Shown in pieces: positions 53,017 to 64,000 of a stretch of 64,000 nucleotides of DNA (positions are counted from its first letter, which is position 1; each line of letters opens with the position of its first letter). The notes below the pieces were generated by a model. It was given only the letters and a program-made list of their open reading frames with translations, did no database searches and was not told the DNA's origin. Both the position numbers and the translations under genes were made by a program. Origin of the DNA: Octopus vulgaris (Eukaryota); contig OX597835.1 in assembly GCA_951406725.2 (NCBI GenBank), positions 19,654,001 through 19,718,000 of the forward strand. Reading direction: 5' to 3'.

Positions 53017-54445
53017 GTTATTATCATTTGCATCACAATGATTATCATTATAATTATCGTCATTATCACTAGCATCATCGTCTTTATTATTATTATTAAC
53101 ATCATCATTATCATCAACATTATCATCATCATTATTGTTGTTATTATTATTATTTATTATGTATTATGTAGAGTTATCCACGAGTGTATGCTTTATACTT
53201 TACATGAATTGAAAACAGCTTGCTTAAAGCAAACATCAGATGGACTTAAATTCGAAGAAATTCATGAAGTATAGATAATGCTGTTTTGCCAAAACTATAG
53301 GAATGATAGATTCATCCGGGGATTTATGCTTCCCTATTTATCATCGTGATGTCCTATAACCACTCATCTTTTTCCCCTAACGCACGTTGGGTTCCGTCAT
53401 ATAATTAACGCTTTACTCCTCGCATTCATCCTTATGTACAGACTTAATTATATTTAGATATAAATAGCATCATCCCTTGTAAGTTTGTCGCTGCATTTCT
53501 AATACACATTTATCATTGAGTTCTCTGTACTCTGTTATATTAAGAAACTTCTTTTTACTCCGGTGTTCTATTTCTCCCGGTACACAGTTTAGTATAGGCA
53601 TTTCTAGCCTGAGCGTGTATATTTGAGGCATTAAGACTAAAGGTAATGTATGTTGAGAGAAATCTCTGAATACTTCCCTCCGTCACACCAGTTTTAAACG
53701 TTGTAAAAGAGAACAGGCCACTTATTTTCATTTTCCAATTGTTTTATTACGTGGATCAATAATACATCTAACAGAAATGGGTCCAGAGTTTAGCACAAGG
53801 CTAGATGTGCTCAACTGATAGTTAATTTTTCGTATCAGGAAGAAAGAAAGGCGAAGTCGACACGACGTAATTTGAACTCAGAACGTAATGCTGCTGAATA
53901 TTTCACCATAGGCGCTGAAGACTGTGCCAGCATACCAGCTTAACTCACGTCATAACTATACCAGTCAATTATAACAAATAATATATTGAGGCTCGGAGTG
54001 CAAGAAATATCAGCCACACTTAACGATATTTTATGATACTCATCCACTACATCAGAGTCATTGAGATGACCATCTCCGTTGTCACTAAGAAGACGACTAT
54101 TATACGGGAGAATCGGGCTGGCGTTGGAGAACATGAAGACGAAATTTAGCTGATATGAAAGAATGAAAACTATCTGAATATTGGTAAACATATATAGTTA
54201 TAAATTTGTGTTTGTAAGTATATATAAATATATATATATATATATTTAAAAAAGGAGATGTGGAACACGAGTTGTGGTATATAAAAAAAGGAAATGAAGA
54301 AAATGCTGACAAAATAATTTAAGTAAGGGAGAGTGTATTTAATTAGGTGAAAGTTCTTTTTACCGGTTGCGAATTTGTTATGCTTATCAAAAGATATTTT
54401 TTAAAGAGAGATAGAGTTCCTTTCTGATAGATTTTTTTCTCTTAT

Positions 54446-54527
<82 letters not shown>

Positions 54528-54599
54528 GTATATTAATATATTGATTCATGAAAATGTATGATATATTGATTTACCCGTATCATGATGTTATAGGTAGTA

Positions 54600-55080
54600 C
54601 TTTGAACACCGTAAAGTCTCTCAGATGTCATATGGAAAGCTTCAACGGATACTACGAAGTTATGGCCAGCATGAGGGAATGCAATAGATAATCTTACTAC
54701 CTCCACAAAGCGAGGAACATCCCCACATCATTGAGAATGACCCTAGACTCAGTTCAGACGGCCATGTGAAACTGGTGGAGGATTTCCTCAAAACCAGTCT
54801 CGAGGAGGTTGATACTGGAAAAATAAATGTGAGACAGTGAAGGTTTTTCTCCCTGCCATACCATGAAAACAATACAGAAGCGCTTGTCGGAGATTTTTTT
54901 GCGACTTCAACGGTGAAAATTTTGGACCTCTTAACTCCCCTCATTGTAATGCCTTGGCTTACTGTGTTTGGAGTGCATTTGAGAAAGTCAACATCTGCTC
55001 TGCCTGTAACATCAACGCCAAATCGTGGCCAAGAACTACAGGATTTTCGAAGATCCTCCCACAGACACACTTAGGAATGC
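54600..55080 (+). mobile_element. Tc1/mariner-superfamily transposase relic
   Basis: PLNSPHCNALAYCVWSAFEK (cf. WPPxSPDLNPLDYxVW), preceded by HxxKTIQKRL. Confidence 0.6.
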
Positions 55081-55636
55081 ATAAACCGTGGTAAAAATTC
55101 AGGGCAGGTTCGTTATGTAAATTGTTATCTCCCAACCATAATCTATTTGGTGATTTTGGCTTTTCAAAAAAATTTCATCTTTGAACGTGATATTGTGTTT
55201 TTATTTCCTTTTTCTGCAAACACACATTTCATCTGAGCACTATGCATTTACATAGTAATGTAACCCCACCAAATTACGGCGTCTTTTGTCCACGCAGGAC
55301 GCGCAATATTATGTGGATGAACATCCGTTTCTACTCTTTCCATCTTCGTTCTCTTTAGCATGCATCATGATATCAAGAGACATGAAAATTCAAGTAGATG
55401 CAAAACATTCATATGTTGGACGGAAACTGAATCTAGGAAGAAGCATTGGCAGATGGGCATACAATCACCTATGCGTGTGCTCGCACGCAGTCAAGCGCAC
55501 ACATGTACCTGTGTCCATATAGATACATATATCCGCTTGCCTATTGAGATACTCACACACACATACGCGCATGCCCACACACGCACATTCAGACACATAT
55601 ATAGATACATAGATATACATATTGATAGGTAGAGTT

Positions 55637-55702
<66 letters not shown>

Positions 55703-56695
55703 ATAAACATATACATATAGTATACACATTAATACATAGATATATATTCAGATGCAGACACGCCTACACACAGTCACATATTCACACACACACACATATA
55801 TGCATATGTATATATGTGTGTATATATGTATGTGTGTATACATACATATATACATATATATATATATACATTATCAACAAAAAGCTTCCACACAAGAACG
55901 ACTCGTATGTGAAATAACTGTTTAGTTATCAGTTCAAATATGTTTAGTTGATAAATAAACATTGGCTGAAAACGTGTTTATACAACTCAACAATAGCAAG
56001 TTTCTGTTAAAACATCTCTTCTCTCAACAACATTTTTATTCTTCTATGAAAATAAGGAAAATAAAGAATTTGAAATCTAAACACAGCAAATAAACTAATC
56101 CTTGTTGAGTAGAATAAGGAGAGATTTCTTTGTTACCTGGCAAATTTAAGAAACATCATGATAATAAATGTTGAAGGAGAGACAAAACAGAAATCAGAAT
56201 GAGAAATAAAAAAATCGCTTTTCCATTGAACTTCATAAATATATTTATAAAATATAAGTAAATTTCGGATTCTGTGAAATTAAATTAATGCATGGATTAC
56301 GGAATATAACATCGATGGATTCTTGTTCAATAAATCATATAATGTATCGTGTTGTGGATGTTTGAAATGCTTGAAGAATTTTATTTGCAACGTTTTCCTT
56401 AACTCTGTAACAAAGAATCTGAAAAATAATATAATATAGTTAAATAAACGCCCCGAAGGAAACTAATAGATATCATTGTCAGAAGAATGCAATGTATGTT
56501 AATATAAAACATAGACGTCAGTGACACGATACAATATCGTTACCCCAAAAAATGTTTGAAATATACCTAACAGACATTTTATTGTTATGTATCATAGAGA
56601 AATTTATTACAGAGTCGGATATAATGTATTACGTTAATTGTTCCAGTACTTCACGACCTGATTTCAATTTCAGCTGACCTTGCATATGTATCTTA

Positions 56696-57080
56696 CTAGC
56701 AGTATCGCCCGGCGTTGCTCGGGTTTGTAAGGGAAATAACTATAAAGCATTTTTTAGAGAGTTATAGCCAAAAAATAGCAAAAAAAATGGAACAAAAATT
56801 ATGGTAAATTTTTTTGAGAGTTAAAAAGGTCGAGTTGCGTCCCCTAGACAGTCTGTGGTTTCTGTTTCTGATTCTCGACCCCATGTCGAATTTATCGATT
56901 TTTTTCAGAACTGGGGGAACTTTTCAAAATTTTCGCTGCGTTAGTTTTGAATTATGACATTGGGCTATGTGTGTGTCAAGTTTCATCAGAATCGGTTGGA
57001 AGCCGTGGTCAGGGTGAGGGTACAACCTAACAGACACACAGACACGCAAACAGACAAACTGCCGTTTATATATAGAGAGA
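56696..57080 (-). mobile_element. Non-autonomous Helitron
   Basis: The minus strand starts TC (57080) and ends CTAG (56699-56696) between A and T with no TSD; GC-rich subterminal hairpin cccgagcaacgccggg ~10 nt before CTAG; (CTGT)-like repeats near the 5' end. Confidence 0.8.
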
Positions 57081-57825
57081 TTTTTACAGAACCAATAAAA
57101 ATGTACTAAAGCAGTGGATCGGGGTTGGGTTCGAACTTAGAACGAGATGTTTTCATCATTTCGGTAAAGTTTCTGGTAACTCAAATCTTGAGGGCAATAC
57201 CCCTACCAGAGAACTATCTACAATACTGGTGCGGAGCTGAATCGGAGAATTCTGGGATAGAACCCGGGGTATTGATGTCTTACATTACAACGAAAAACAA
57301 CCTTTCTCTCGACATCGTTTTGATAAAAGTATTTAAAATGCAGATCGACGATGTGACAAGGGCACTGAACAAAAGTATATATAATATATATATACATATA
57401 TATATATACGATTTTTTTCAGAACTGGGGGAACTTTTCAAAATTTTCGCTGCGTTAGTTTTGAATTATGACATTGGGCTATGTGTGTGTCAAGTTTCATC
57501 AGAATCGGTTGGAAGCCGTGGTCAGGGTGAGGGTACAACCTAACAGACACACAGACACGCAGACAGACAAACTGCCGTTTCTATATAGAGAGATTTTTAC
57601 AGAACCAATAAAAATGTACTAAAGCAGTGGATCGGGGTTGGGTTCGAACTTAGAACGAGATGTTTTCATCATTTCGGTAAAGTTTCTGGTAACTCAAATC
57701 TTGAGGGCAATACCCCTACCAGAGAACTATCTACAATACTGGTGCGGAGCTGAATCGGAGAATTCTGGGATAGAACCCGGGGTATTGATGTCTTACATTA
57801 CAACGAAAAACAACCTTTCTCTCGA
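56896..57825. repeat. Near-identical 417-bp direct duplication (56896-57312 and 57409-57825)
   Basis: Constant offset of 513 bp; identical ORF-track translations at 57125 and 57638. Confidence 0.95.
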
Positions 57826-58134
57826 AACGTACGTCCGTAGGTGACTTAAAACTGTATGATAGATTGCCGTTAATTCATTCTCTTTTACCTGTTTGTGTTT
57901 GCCTTTCAAATGCTGTGCCTTTACTGTGATCTCCTTTTAGTAGAAGAAATAGCTATAATCTCTTTGACTGCTATTTCTAAATTCGGTGTGTGGTAAGGCA
58001 ATTCGTTGCTAAACCCTTAATTGCTTAGTATTACTTAAATTTTCCTCGAATGAGGCTTTTACATGCCGAAGACTACTTGGTGTAATTGATAATTGTTCCA
58101 AATTAATTAATTTCACCCTTCATTGTTACTCATA

Positions 58135-58180
<46 letters not shown>

Positions 58181-58819
58181 CGAATTTGTGTAAACGTGTA
58201 TAGAATAATATATCACCTGAATAAAGTTAAAATATGGTCTCGTTTTCGCATTTGTTATTATTGTAGTTCAAACAAATTTCTACGATGCTGAAATGTATTT
58301 ACACATTAAAATAAAATTGTGTAACATTCATAAAGTTCAATTAGCGCTTTCATATGTTCGTAATCATCATCAACTTTCAACATCTGACATTTGAGTTCGC
58401 TGCCCTAACCACTAGGCCGTTGCACCTCCACAGTGCTCCACTACTGATATGAAACTGCCTCAGGCTTCTTATCAGTAGCTAGGTTTGCCAGAAATACCAG
58501 CTCACTAGAAATCAAACACGTTCATCAGCAAATAAAATTCTTATTAAAGGCTAAATGAGGAATGCCTGATAAATTATCAAAGAAAACGAAACGGCAGGAA
58601 ATCTTTTTATAGCATGATTAAGGTTGAATAATCAAGAATTATATCGGTATAAGCAGGAAGACCAAGAAAAATAGGAAAGCCAGGAACATACAACGGACCC
58701 TCTGCATGAACACATGATATGCTAGAAGTAGCAGTGAAAGCTGCCGCATATCGCCCTCAACGGTTTTACAAACTAAAATAAACATTTGAAATCTACCTCT
58801 AGATAGTCTTGGGTGTGTA

Positions 58820-59032
58820 GCGGCGAAGGCGTGGATGTGTGACAAGAAGCTTGTTTCTCAACCACATAGTGCCAGCGACATTGTTACTCGTGGCACCTTC
58901 GGCAAGTGTCTTTTACTATAGCGTTGGGTCGACTAAAGCCTTCTAAATAGATTTGGTATGCGGAAATTGAAAGAAATTCGTCGTATATATATAAATATAT
59001 ATATATATATGTGTGTGTGTGTATGCATATAC

Positions 59033-59081
<49 letters not shown>

Positions 59082-59280
59082 CATATATATGTGTGTGTGT
59101 GTGTGTGCATGTGAATCTATGTGTTATTGTTTTGTGTCTGTGTTTGTACACCACCGCTGCTCGACAACCGTTGTTACTGTGTTTATGTCCCGACACTTAG
59201 TCCTGCTTCCTACTTCTTTGACTAACACACTTCAAAGCGGTGCCTCAGTATGACTGCACTCAGATGACTGAAACAAGTAA
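58820..59280 (+). mobile_element. Old SINE family B
   Basis: Diverged match with head, microsatellite and gactgaaacaagtaa tail. Confidence 0.75.
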
Positions 59281-59928
59281 CATTAAAAAGAATGGCAGAC
59301 GAAATATAGGAATATACGCGATGTTTATCTATGGAATGTTCCCATTTGAAATATAAACAGTGAGGCCTGATAAACGTAGCACAAAGAAAGAGATGATTAA
59401 TTGGACTATTACAATGAAACGTTCCCAGAACAAATAATTAGTGGAATTGGTACAAATAATTAGTGGAATTGGTTAAGATACATTTCAAAAAATATTAGCT
59501 TTGTTTTGTTGTTTAAAACTTTTAGGATATCTAGTTCACTATTACCATGTGTCTTCCTTTTCTGTTCAGGAACCATAGAAACACAAAGAAAATTCTTCAG
59601 CTCACAGACATGAAGCCACATGATGTGATGCATATAGAATTTCACTGAAGCGAAAGAAAGTAATTCCAGTCGTGTGAAGAGAATATGAAAATAGAACAAA
59701 AGTGAATTATGAATAAAAACAAAAAACCCTCACAAGAACGCAATTTCCAATTCCTGAAACATAATTGAAACGACGTTATCTTCTCTTCATTGAGAAATAT
59801 TTACTGGCAATCACTACATATATATCTAAGACATACACTAACATGTTACCCCATTTTTGTTTTATTTTAATAAAAAAAATTATTTTAAATCTTCAAAAAT
59901 ATCCAAATTTCTAGGCGGCAAAGTGGAG

Positions 59929-60311
59929 TGGAAGCACTCCGTCGGTTACGACGACGAGGGTTCCGGTTGATCCGAATCAACGGAACAGCCTGCTCGTGAA
60001 ATTAACGTGTAAGTGGCTGAGCACTCCACAGACACGTGTACCCTTAACGTAGTTCTCGGGAATATTCAGCGTGACACAGAGAGTGACAAGGCCGGCCCTT
60101 TGAAATACAGGTACAACAGAAACAGGAAGTAAGAGTGAGAGAAAGTTGTGGTGAAAGAGTACAGCAGGGATCACCACCATCCCTGCCGGAGCCTAGTGGA
60201 GCTTTAGGTGTTTTCGCTCATTAAACACTCACAACGCCTGGTCTGGGAATCGAAACCACGATCCTATGACCGCGAGTCCGCTGCCCTAACCACTGGGCCA
60301 TTGCGCCTCCA
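59929..60311 (-). mobile_element. SINE family A, full length
   Basis: Reverse-complement match to 2500-2885; flanking ggcggcaa repeats. Confidence 0.9.
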
Positions 60312-60550
60312 CTGGCGGCAAGGTATCGAGTCCAAGAATTAGAAATGACAAATTGGATCTGGTTTTCTTATGCTTCAGCTGCATAGGGTGTACAAGTGCG
60401 AGCGATATATTTTAGTTTACGTACAGAGCTAACGATGTCCTATGTTTTCTTCATATATGTTGCTGCTGTAATTTCACGATATACTCACATGAAACAAGAT
60501 ATGTTGCATACTATTCTAATGTCTGTCTGTATGTATATATATGTATGCAT

Positions 60551-60781
60551 AGGCGGCGAGCTGGCAGAAGCGTTAGCACGCCGGGCGAAATGCGTAACCG
60601 TATTTCGTCTGCCGTAACGTTGTGAGTTCAAATTCCGCCGAGGTTGACTTTGCCTTTCATCCTTTTGGGGTTGATAAATTAAGTACCAGTTATGCACTGG
60701 GATCGATGTAATCGACTCAATCCCTTTGTCTGCCCTTGTTTGTCCCCTCTATGTTTAGCCCCTTGTGGGCAATAAAGAAAT
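60551..60781 (+). mobile_element. SINE family C, full length
   Basis: aggcggcgagctggcagaag...aataaagaaat. Confidence 0.9.
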
Positions 60782-60984
60782 ATATTTGTATAGTCCGTGA
60801 TAGATGTAGGGCAGCTCTACATTGTATATTTACGTTACCCGCGTGTAGGCAAGCAAAAGTGTGATCGCATATTTGCGATAACCATTGTAAAGGGGTTAAG
60901 TCGGAAGGGGTCTATTAATGTAAATAGTCTTAGATAGGATATATGCAAGGAAAGAAGAGCCGGTTGGACACGGTCAGCATACAT

Positions 60985-61146
60985 ATTATTTTCTACTCTA
61001 GGCACAAGTCACAAATTTGTGGAGAGGTGGCCACTCGATTAGATCGACTCCAGTACGTAACTGGTGCTTTATTTATCGACATCGAAACGATGAAAGGCGA
61101 AGTCTACCTCGGCTGAATTTGAACTCAGAACATAAAGACAGACGAA
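60985..61146 (-). mobile_element. SINE family C variant, truncated
   Basis: Family core on the minus strand with an alternative tail (cctagagtagaaaa). Confidence 0.65.
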
Positions 61147-61156
61147 AGGTCAGCAT

Positions 61157-61322
61157 AGGCGCAGGAGTGGCTGTGTGGTAAGTAGCTTGCTAACCAACCA
61201 CATGGTTCCGGGTTCAGTCCCACTGCGTGGCATCTTGGGCAGGTGTCTTCTGCTATAGCCCCGGGCCGACCAATGCCTTGTGAGTGGATTTGGTAGACGG
61301 AAATTGAAAGAAGCCTGTCGTA

Positions 61323-61363
<41 letters not shown>

Positions 61364-61589
61364 GTGTGTTTGTGCGTCTGTGTTTGTCCCCCTAGCATTG
61401 CTTGACAACCGATCCTGGTGTGTTTACGTCCCCGTTACTTAGCGGTTCGGCAAAAAGAGACCGATAGAATAAGTACTGGGCTTACAAACAATAAGTCCCG
61501 GGGTCGATTTGCTCGACTAAAGGCGGTGCTCCAGCATGGCCGCAGTCAAATGACTGAAACAAGTAAAAGAGTAAAAGAGTAAAAAGAGT
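61157..61589 (+). mobile_element. SINE family B, full length
   Basis: A and B boxes, microsatellite, (gtaaaaga)3 tail. Confidence 0.92.
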
Positions 61590-61995
61590 ATATATATTGT
61601 CGCATATCTGTGGGATCAGAAGACACAGAGAGCTACAAAATGCTGTTCATAAATTTGAATAGACAGAAACGAAGGGAAGTAGATGAAATGTTTAAGACAG
61701 CTTGGTCATTCTCAGCCACACGCTGAGTCTGGATTACAATGAAATTAAGGCTTTAAATACAGTATAGTCAACCACTTATACAATATATCACATGCGACTG
61801 TACAAGCAATATTAAAGGGACAATCTATGGCATGCCCATTGTTGCCATAAGAATGACAGGGATCTCATTAACAGTATAAAAGTACGCTGACTATTTAAAT
61901 ACATTCATCATATTAAAATAAAGTTCGGTGTTTAGTTTTCATTAAGACATGCTTCCTCCAAATCAATCGAAATATTTATTAAAGTTAGAATGTTG

Positions 61996-62411
61996 GGATC
62001 TTTTCAGTTTGAAGGGCAGTTTTTTCTAGCGGTGTCATATGAAATTGTCACCCATAATTATGACCCTGGTATCGATCTATTTAATTTCAATCTGTTTTAG
62101 GATTAGGGTTAGTTAGGGGTAGGGTTAGAGGTGGGGAGAAGGGTATCATTTTTTCTTCACAAATGTAAATAAACCCAATCTGTTTCTTAAACGAGGGACA
62201 TATTCATATGGGACAGAATGTTATTTACCTGAATGGACGTCATTGATTGGTTGAAATTGCAGAAATTGAAGAAAAAATAGCAACAAATATCTTACAAACT
62301 ATAGAATTTTCTCAATAAAGCCAAGAGAAAAAGATGTTTTATAAACACATTCTACCAGTATACGTTACCTAGAAATTATGTTAAAAACTGCCGTTCAAAC
62401 CGAAAAGATCC
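61996..62411. mobile_element. MITE with 29-bp TIRs and 8-bp TSD (Merlin-like)
   Basis: TIRs ggatcttttc(a/g)gtttgaa(g/c)ggcagttttt; flanks gaatgttg (61988-61995) and gaattttg (62412-62419). Confidence 0.75.
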
Positions 62412-63604
62412 GAATTTTGAGTATGCATAACCTATATCTCGAGTTAAAATATGTCAGAGAGTGAAAAGTTCACTACTAATTACATAAAGACAGAGAATGA
62501 AGTATTTGCAATTAATACATTGATTTTGGGCAGAGTTCAACATCTTGTAGAAATTTTTTGTCTACTATCATATATTTCTGTATAAGTTTCAATGATTGAA
62601 TAATGTCTAAGTTAAAGCCAAACAAATTCTAGCTTAATTACTAAAAACGCCTATAATGATGTCTGTAGACAAGGACTAATTTTCTAAGCCTTGTATAAAT
62701 GGATGACTTCGTACACCTTGACAGCATTTGAACTCTGGAAGTAGAGACATGAGAAAAATACGGAACACTATTTTGAACTACGCTCCACTAAATCTACCGA
62801 CTTTTCAAATAAAGAACTCAAATTTACATACATATGAATATTTGTGCAATTTGGAATCTCAGAAAGCCAATAGGTCGTCATGGGAAAATAGGTCAGGCAA
62901 GCGATAAAGTACATATTTAACTTGTGTGCAGTATTATAGACTTTTTCATTACAACACATTTCAAGTCCGAAAGTCTGTATAAGTGGTTGTCAGAGGAAAG
63001 CATATTAAATGCTATAGATCATACATTTAATTGCTCCGTTCATCTATAGAAACATCAGCTACACTCAAAAATTTATTGAATATTTCGTTCTCATATTTAA
63101 TTTTAAGTTATGAGGTGTAATGGTGAGGGTGGTTTGGAGATGGGAGCTGTATGTTTTTGAATATATGATGATGTCTGCTACTGATATTAAAACAAGTAAA
63201 ATTGTACCTTCTACGCTTTCATGTGATAGCTTTATTCATTCATTTTGCATAATAGTTTTGGCTATCTGGGAATTTAGTACAACCGCAAATTATGTTTTCC
63301 TTTTGCCTTGCTTCATCTCTTACGCTTTACTTCGCTCCTTCTAACTATCACTTTATATACATATGTGCATACTCCGTATACACACTTATATTTGTATATA
63401 CATATACTTATGTATATTTGTACGCCTATGCGCGCACGTGTGTGTTTGTAAATTATAAAATACAAGCGCTAAAGTGATACCATAAGTTTTGCTTTTTCCT
63501 TATATCTTTCTAATATATAAATACCTGTGTGTGTGTGTGTGAGTGCGTAGGCATGTATAATTGCAGATATTTACATAAAGATATATGTGTGTGAATAGAT
63601 TTTT

Positions 63605-64000
<396 letters not shown>

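Noticed and set aside
53340-53700. Possible RTE LINE 3' relic on the minus strand
   Set aside because: Only faint motif resemblance.
57125-57844. Two ORFs with identical N-termini suggesting a gene pair
   Set aside because: Explained by the 417-bp duplication; TTG starts and no domain.
59433-59473. 20-bp tandem duplication aaataattagtggaattggt
   Set aside because: Ordinary slippage-type duplication with no further structure.

Overview
AT-rich, microsatellite-saturated eukaryotic DNA, almost certainly intronic or intergenic sequence from an octopus (coleoid cephalopod). This is inferred from three abundant tRNA-derived SINE families and the heavy (TA)n/(TAA)n load. No intact protein-coding gene is supported, and nearly all listed ORFs are microsatellite or repeat artefacts. 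The window contains many SINE copies and decayed non-LTR retrotransposons (R4/Dong, HERO, CR1-like, L1/Tx1-like). It also holds Tc1/mariner relics, a non-autonomous Helitron, Helentron-type (HINE) elements, MITEs and a 550-bp (TAA)n-specific non-coding element. The most striking signal is a set of short, mutually unrelated elements embedded in (TA)n tracts. Several form long near-perfect foldbacks (231-, ~218-, 132- and 81-bp arms) and carry minimal type I hammerhead ribozyme folds, with canonical and family-specific variant cores (CUGAAGA, CUGAUGA, CCGAAGA, CUGAUGC, CUGUUGA). A Penelope-like RT fragment at ~35.3 kb points to the likely mobilising partner. Two locally templated insertions flanked by target-site duplications (TSDs) and tail-swapping among SINEs are also visible. 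All calls are by eye, and the coordinates of decayed elements are approximate.
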